A stretch of DNA of 64,000 nt from a bacterium (GTDB lineage: Bacteria; UBA8248; JACPRG01; G963555815): assembly GCA_963555815.3 (NCBI GenBank), contig CAUVWX020000002.1, forward strand, positions 576,001 to 640,000. The letters run 5' to 3'. A model generated the notes under the pieces. The model saw only the letters and a list, made by a program, of their open reading frames with translations, searched no databases and was not told the DNA's origin. Of this stretch, positions 60,238 through 64,000 are shown one piece after another; position 1 is the stretch's first letter, and each line of letters starts with the position of its first letter. Position numbers and translations under genes: made by a program.

Positions 60238-61266
60238 ATGGACTGGGACGAGCTTAAAAAGCCTAGACGATTTACTAGAGGTCCCGACGCCCCGCCCCCG
60301 ATCAGTCTCCCCCAGATCAAGCTCCCTTTCAAACTCCCTGGCATCTGGGTGCTGATTGTTATCGCCCTCATCATCTGGGCCCTGAGCGGGATCTATCTCG
60401 TGAGGCCGGACCAGAAGGGGGTGGTCCTGCGCTTTGGCCGTATAAACCGGGTCACTGACCCAGGACCCCACTACCATCTCCCCGCCCCCTTTGAGACGGT
60501 CCACAAACCGAAGGTGACCGAGGTCAAGCGCGTCGAGGTGGGCTTTCGGACCATCTTTCAGGGCCCTCCTGCCCGGTACCAAGACCGACCGACCGAGTCT
60601 CTGATGCTGACCGGGGATGAGAACATTGTCGAGGTGGACGTAATCGGTCAGTACCGGATCTCCGATCCCGCCAAATTCCTCTTCGCCGTGAAGGACTCCG
60701 AGGGGACCGTACACAATGCCTTGGAGGCGGCCATCCGGGAGGTCATCGGGAGCCGAGGCATCGATGAGGCTCTCACCACGGGGAAGGAGCAGATCGAAGA
60801 GGACACCCGACTGTTGGTCCAAGCGATGCTGGATCGTTACAATTCGGGTCTTCAGATGGTGGTGGTGAAGCTTCAGGACGTGGTTCCCCCGAATGAGGTC
60901 ATCGCTTCCTTCGTCGATGTGGCGAGTGCCAGAGAGGACAGAGATCGCCTCATCAACGAGGCCGAGGGTTATGAGAACTCCGTCATCCCCGAGACCCGTG
61001 GTGAGGTGGCCGAGATCCTGAACCTGGCGGCGGCCTACCGCGCCGAGAAGGTTCTAATTGCTCAGGGGGACGCGCAACGCTTCAAAAATATATTGGAGGA
61101 ATACGTCAAGGCCAAGGACGTCACGCGAAAGCGGCTTTATCTTGAGACCATGGAACAGATCCTCCCGGGGATCGAGAAATTCATCCTACCAGAGCAGGGA
61201 GGGGGAGTCCTTCCCATTCTCCCCTTGGGAAGGGGAGCGGCCCCGCCCTTGCTGGGTGGGAACTGA
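60238..61266 (+). CDS. hflK: FtsH protease modulator HflK
   Basis: GVVLRFGR, MLTGDENIV, FVDVASARED, VTRKRLYLETME. Confidence 0.96.
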   Translation: MDWDELKKPRRFTRGPDAPPPISLPQIKLPFKLPGIWVLIVIALIIWALSGIYLVRPDQKGVVLRFGRINRVTDPGPHYHLPAPFETVHKPKVTEVKRVEVGFRTIFQGPPARYQDRPTESLMLTGDENIVEVDVIGQYRISDPAKFLFAVKDSEGTVHNALEAAIREVIGSRGIDEALTTGKEQIEEDTRLLVQAMLDRYNSGLQMVVVKLQDVVPPNEVIASFVDVASAREDRDRLINEAEGYENSVIPETRGEVAEILNLAAAYRAEKVLIAQGDAQRFKNILEEYVKAKDVTRKRLYLETMEQILPGIEKFILPEQGGGVLPILPLGRGAAPPLLGGN

Positions 61267-61284
61267 GGCCAAAGGGGGTTTAGA

Positions 61285-62148
61285 GTGAATAAGCGATACG
61301 TCATCCTTATCGCCGTCGCCGTGGTTCTCTTCATTGGAGTGAATGCGACTTTCTTCACGGTGGGCGAGCCCGATCAGGTCGTCGTGACCGCCCTGGGCAA
61401 GCCAGTCAGGGTCATCCAAGAATCTGGCCTTTATTTGAAGATCCCTTTCATTCAGCAAATCACCAGGTTTGATCGCCGCCTCCTCGAATACGACGCCTCC
61501 CCTCGCGCCATCATCACCAAGGACAAGAAGACCCTGCGGGTGGATAATTACGCCAAATGGCGAATCGTGGACCCCCTTCTCTTTCTTCAAACGGTCCGAA
61601 CCGAGGCGGGGGCGCAGGCCCGGCTCGATGACATCATCTATTCAGAGCTTCGGGTGGATCTGGCCCGCAAGGACCTCATTGAGATCGTGGCCACCGACCG
61701 GTCCGAGCTCATGGAACTCGTCAGGGTCCGAACAGATGCGAAGGCGAGGACGTTGGGGATCGAGATTACCGATGTCCGCATCAAACGGGCAGACCTCCCG
61801 GAGCAGAACGAGGCTGCCGTCTTCGGGCGCATGAAGGCCGAGCGTGAGCGAATCGCGAGACAGTTTCGTTCGGAGGGGAAGGAAGAGGCTTTAAAGATTC
61901 GCTCCAACACGGACAGGGAACGGACCATCATGCTGGCCGACGCCTACGAGAAAGATCAGACCCTCCGGGGTGAGGGAGACGCTGACTCCGTTCGGGTATA
62001 CGCCGAGGCCTTTGAAAGGGACCCGGAGTTTTTCGACTTCCTGAGAACCCTAGAGGCCTACAGAAAGTCGTTAGACAACAAGACGACTATCCTGCTCCCC
62101 CCGCAGTCCGAATTCCTCCACCACCTCAACATGTCGGAAATCGAGTGA
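61285..62148 (+). CDS. hflC: FtsH protease modulator HflC
   Basis: TKDKKTLRVD, DVRIKRADLP, RMKAERER, DPEFFDFLRTLEAY. Confidence 0.96.
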   Translation: MNKRYVILIAVAVVLFIGVNATFFTVGEPDQVVVTALGKPVRVIQESGLYLKIPFIQQITRFDRRLLEYDASPRAIITKDKKTLRVDNYAKWRIVDPLLFLQTVRTEAGAQARLDDIIYSELRVDLARKDLIEIVATDRSELMELVRVRTDAKARTLGIEITDVRIKRADLPEQNEAAVFGRMKAERERIARQFRSEGKEEALKIRSNTDRERTIMLADAYEKDQTLRGEGDADSVRVYAEAFERDPEFFDFLRTLEAYRKSLDNKTTILLPPQSEFLHHLNMSEIE

Positions 62149-62150
62149 AC

Positions 62151-62172
62151 AGACCCCCTTTGAGGGGGGTCT
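62151..62172 (+). terminator. hairpin after hflC
   Basis: AGACCCCCTT-TG-AGGGGGGTCT inverted repeat; no U-tract. Confidence 0.45.
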
Positions 62173-62247
62173 AGACCATGGAAGCCCGGGGCCAGTGGAA
62201 CGCACGCGGGGCGAAGACCTGCAAACGACCGGGAGAAAGGGCTGACC

Positions 62248-62844
62248 GTGCCCTTTGATTTGGGAAACTGGCTCGGCCCCTTCACCCTCTTCGGCCCTCT
62301 AGTCTTCGGGGTCACCCTTGCCCTCCTCATCCTCTGGGCGACCCTCCCCTTCGCTATCTTCGGGACAAAGAGCCGACTGAATCACGTGATCGCCCTCCTG
62401 GAGAGGATCGCCTCAAGAAACGGGGCGGCGACGTCCGAGGGGGACGGCGGGGCAGCCCTGGGGTCTCTCTTCCAAAAACTTCGGCACGAACTTCTTCAGA
62501 GCGACACCCGCCTTGTGGAAGAAGCGCTGAGGCCAGGAGAGGTGGACCTTCTCTTGAGCGGGAAAGGACAAAAAAAGGTGGCTGGGGTCAGGGTCGCAGC
62601 CGACGTCGTCGAGGTCAGCCTCAACCTCTCCGATCTGGCGTCCCCGACTTCTGTCCAAAGCCCCGAGGACCTTCGGGAGCGCATCGCGGGGGCTTTTGTA
62701 GGCCGGCAGGGTCTGCGCGCCCTGCTCAGCCCGGACCTCGCCCAGCTCGTCATCCAAGTCCGCCCCGAGGCCGACGTGGGGGAGGTCAGAGACCTTTTGA
62801 GATCCCACGTCTTCGGCTTCCACCCCCTTGACAAGGCCCCCTGA
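62248..62844 (+). CDS. hypothetical membrane-anchored protein
   Basis: N-terminal hydrophobic helix ([19 protein letters not shown]); TGATG overlap with gatA. Confidence 0.65.
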   Translation: MPFDLGNWLGPFTLFGPLVFGVTLALLILWATLPFAIFGTKSRLNHVIALLERIASRNGAATSEGDGGAALGSLFQKLRHELLQSDTRLVEEALRPGEVDLLLSGKGQKKVAGVRVAADVVEVSLNLSDLASPTSVQSPEDLRERIAGAFVGRQGLRALLSPDLAQLVIQVRPEADVGEVRDLLRSHVFGFHPLDKAP

Positions 62845-64000
62845 TGAGAGGGGACCCCGCTTCCACCGGGCCCCCCAGCAAACCGGGGTCTAAGGCGGAT
62901 GAAAGCGCTCTCGATGTCTGCTATGCCCCCCTTCACGAGCTCTCAGACCGACTGAAAAAGAGGTCTGTCTCCTCTGAGGAGCTGACCCGCATCTTCCTCG
63001 CTCGGATTTCCGCCCTCCAGCCCTCTCTAAACGCCTATATCTCTGTCTTGGAGCAGGGGGCCCTGGAGATGGCCCGGGCCGCCGACAAACGGCTCGCTCG
63101 GGGCGAGAGGCTGACTCCCCTCACGGGCGTCCCCATCGCCCTAAAAGACCTCCTCTGCACGCAGGGGGTTGCCACCACCTGCGGCTCTCACATCCTCCAC
63201 AACTACACGTCCCCGTATGACGCCACCGTGGTCTCTCGGCTTCGAGAGGCGGGGGCCGTATTTCTCGGAAAAACGAATTTGGATGAGTTCGCCATGGGGT
63301 CCTCTAACGAAACCTCTTGGTTTGGAGTCGTAAAAAACCCCTGGGACCCACAGGCGGTCCCGGGCGGCTCGAGCGGCGGCTCGGCGGCGGCCGTGGCGGC
63401 GGGAGGGTGCGCGGCGGCCCTGGGCTCCGACACGGGAGGCTCCATCCGGCAGCCCGCCTCCTGCTGCGGCATCGTGGGCCTCAAGCCGACCTATGGAAGG
63501 GTTTCGCGCTTCGGGCTTGTGGCTTTCGCATCCTCTCTTGACCAGATCGGCCCCATGACGCGGGACGTGAAGGACGCGGCCCTCCTGATGAACATCATCA
63601 GCGGCAAGGACCCCCTCGATTCGACCTCGGCCGATGTCGAGATACCCGACTTTCTCAAGGCGCTGACGGGGGAAGTCCGAGGTCTTCGGATCGGACTCCC
63701 GAAGGAGTATTTCATCGAGGGGATGGAGCCAGAGGTGGCGACGAGGGTCCGGGAGGCCCTCAAGATCCTGAAAGACCTGGGAGCGGATCTTCGGGAGATC
63801 TCTCTTCCCCATACCGATTATGCCGTGGCTGTCTATTACCTTATCGCCCCAGCCGAGGCCAGTAGCAACCTGGCTCGCTACGACGGCGTCCGCTACGGCT
63901 ACCGGACCGAGTCCCCGCGCGACACGGCCAGCCTCTACCAGGGGACGCGACAAGAGGGGTTTGGGGAGGAGGTGAAGCGGAGGATCATGCTGGGGGCTTA
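62844..64000 (+). CDS. gatA: Asp/Glu-tRNA amidotransferase subunit A (partial; runs off window edge)
   Basis: Not in ORF track. Frame from ATG 62844 has [62 protein letters not shown]. Confidence 0.95.
   Translation, partial: MRGDPASTGPPSKPGSKADESALDVCYAPLHELSDRLKKRSVSSEELTRIFLARISALQPSLNAYISVLEQGALEMARAADKRLARGERLTPLTGVPIALKDLLCTQGVATTCGSHILHNYTSPYDATVVSRLREAGAVFLGKTNLDEFAMGSSNETSWFGVVKNPWDPQAVPGGSSGGSAAAVAAGGCAAALGSDTGGSIRQPASCCGIVGLKPTYGRVSRFGLVAFASSLDQIGPMTRDVKDAALLMNIISGKDPLDSTSADVEIPDFLKALTGEVRGLRIGLPKEYFIEGMEPEVATRVREALKILKDLGADLREISLPHTDYAVAVYYLIAPAEASSNLARYDGVRYGYRTESPRDTASLYQGTRQEGFGEEVKRRIMLGA

Overview
GC-rich (roughly 60-65% by eye) bacterial chromosomal window, probably from a Gram-negative organism (ExbB/ExbD present); I cannot assign the taxon. 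The backbone is housekeeping: folP-folC-purH-ilvA, leuA, mnmA, HIT, gdhA, mazG, mutL, guaB-guaA, dnaE, lipB, tRNA-Ala(CGC), lpdA, cutA, uvrA, truA, hflKC and gatA. The main result is four hidden selenoprotein genes that the ORF track splits or truncates. Each has an in-frame TGA at a Cys-type position followed by a SECIS-like hairpin. They are a glutaredoxin(UPWC)-thioredoxin reductase fusion, a deiodinase-like protein, an ArsC/Spx-like protein (UGTC), and an Rv1681/MoeX-like radical SAM enzyme with a predicted penultimate Sec whose hairpin lies past the true stop. The last is the most likely to be undescribed. A 12.6-kb accessory cluster beside tRNA-Ala (cupin, UbiD, alpha/beta hydrolase, small unknown protein, extended ferredoxin, acetylene-hydratase-like Mo/W enzyme, nitrilase, mobAB, two reciprocally degenerate FAH paralogs, MFS) looks like an uncharacterised catabolic system. 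Other observations: an orphan Dam-type methylase coupled to mutL, degenerate DnaA-box clusters flanking leuA, an orphan sigma-54 promoter, a collapsed 82-bp tenA remnant, and several frameshifted accessory genes. No CRISPR array, rRNA, integrase or transposase was seen. All calls come from reading motifs by eye; no searches were run.
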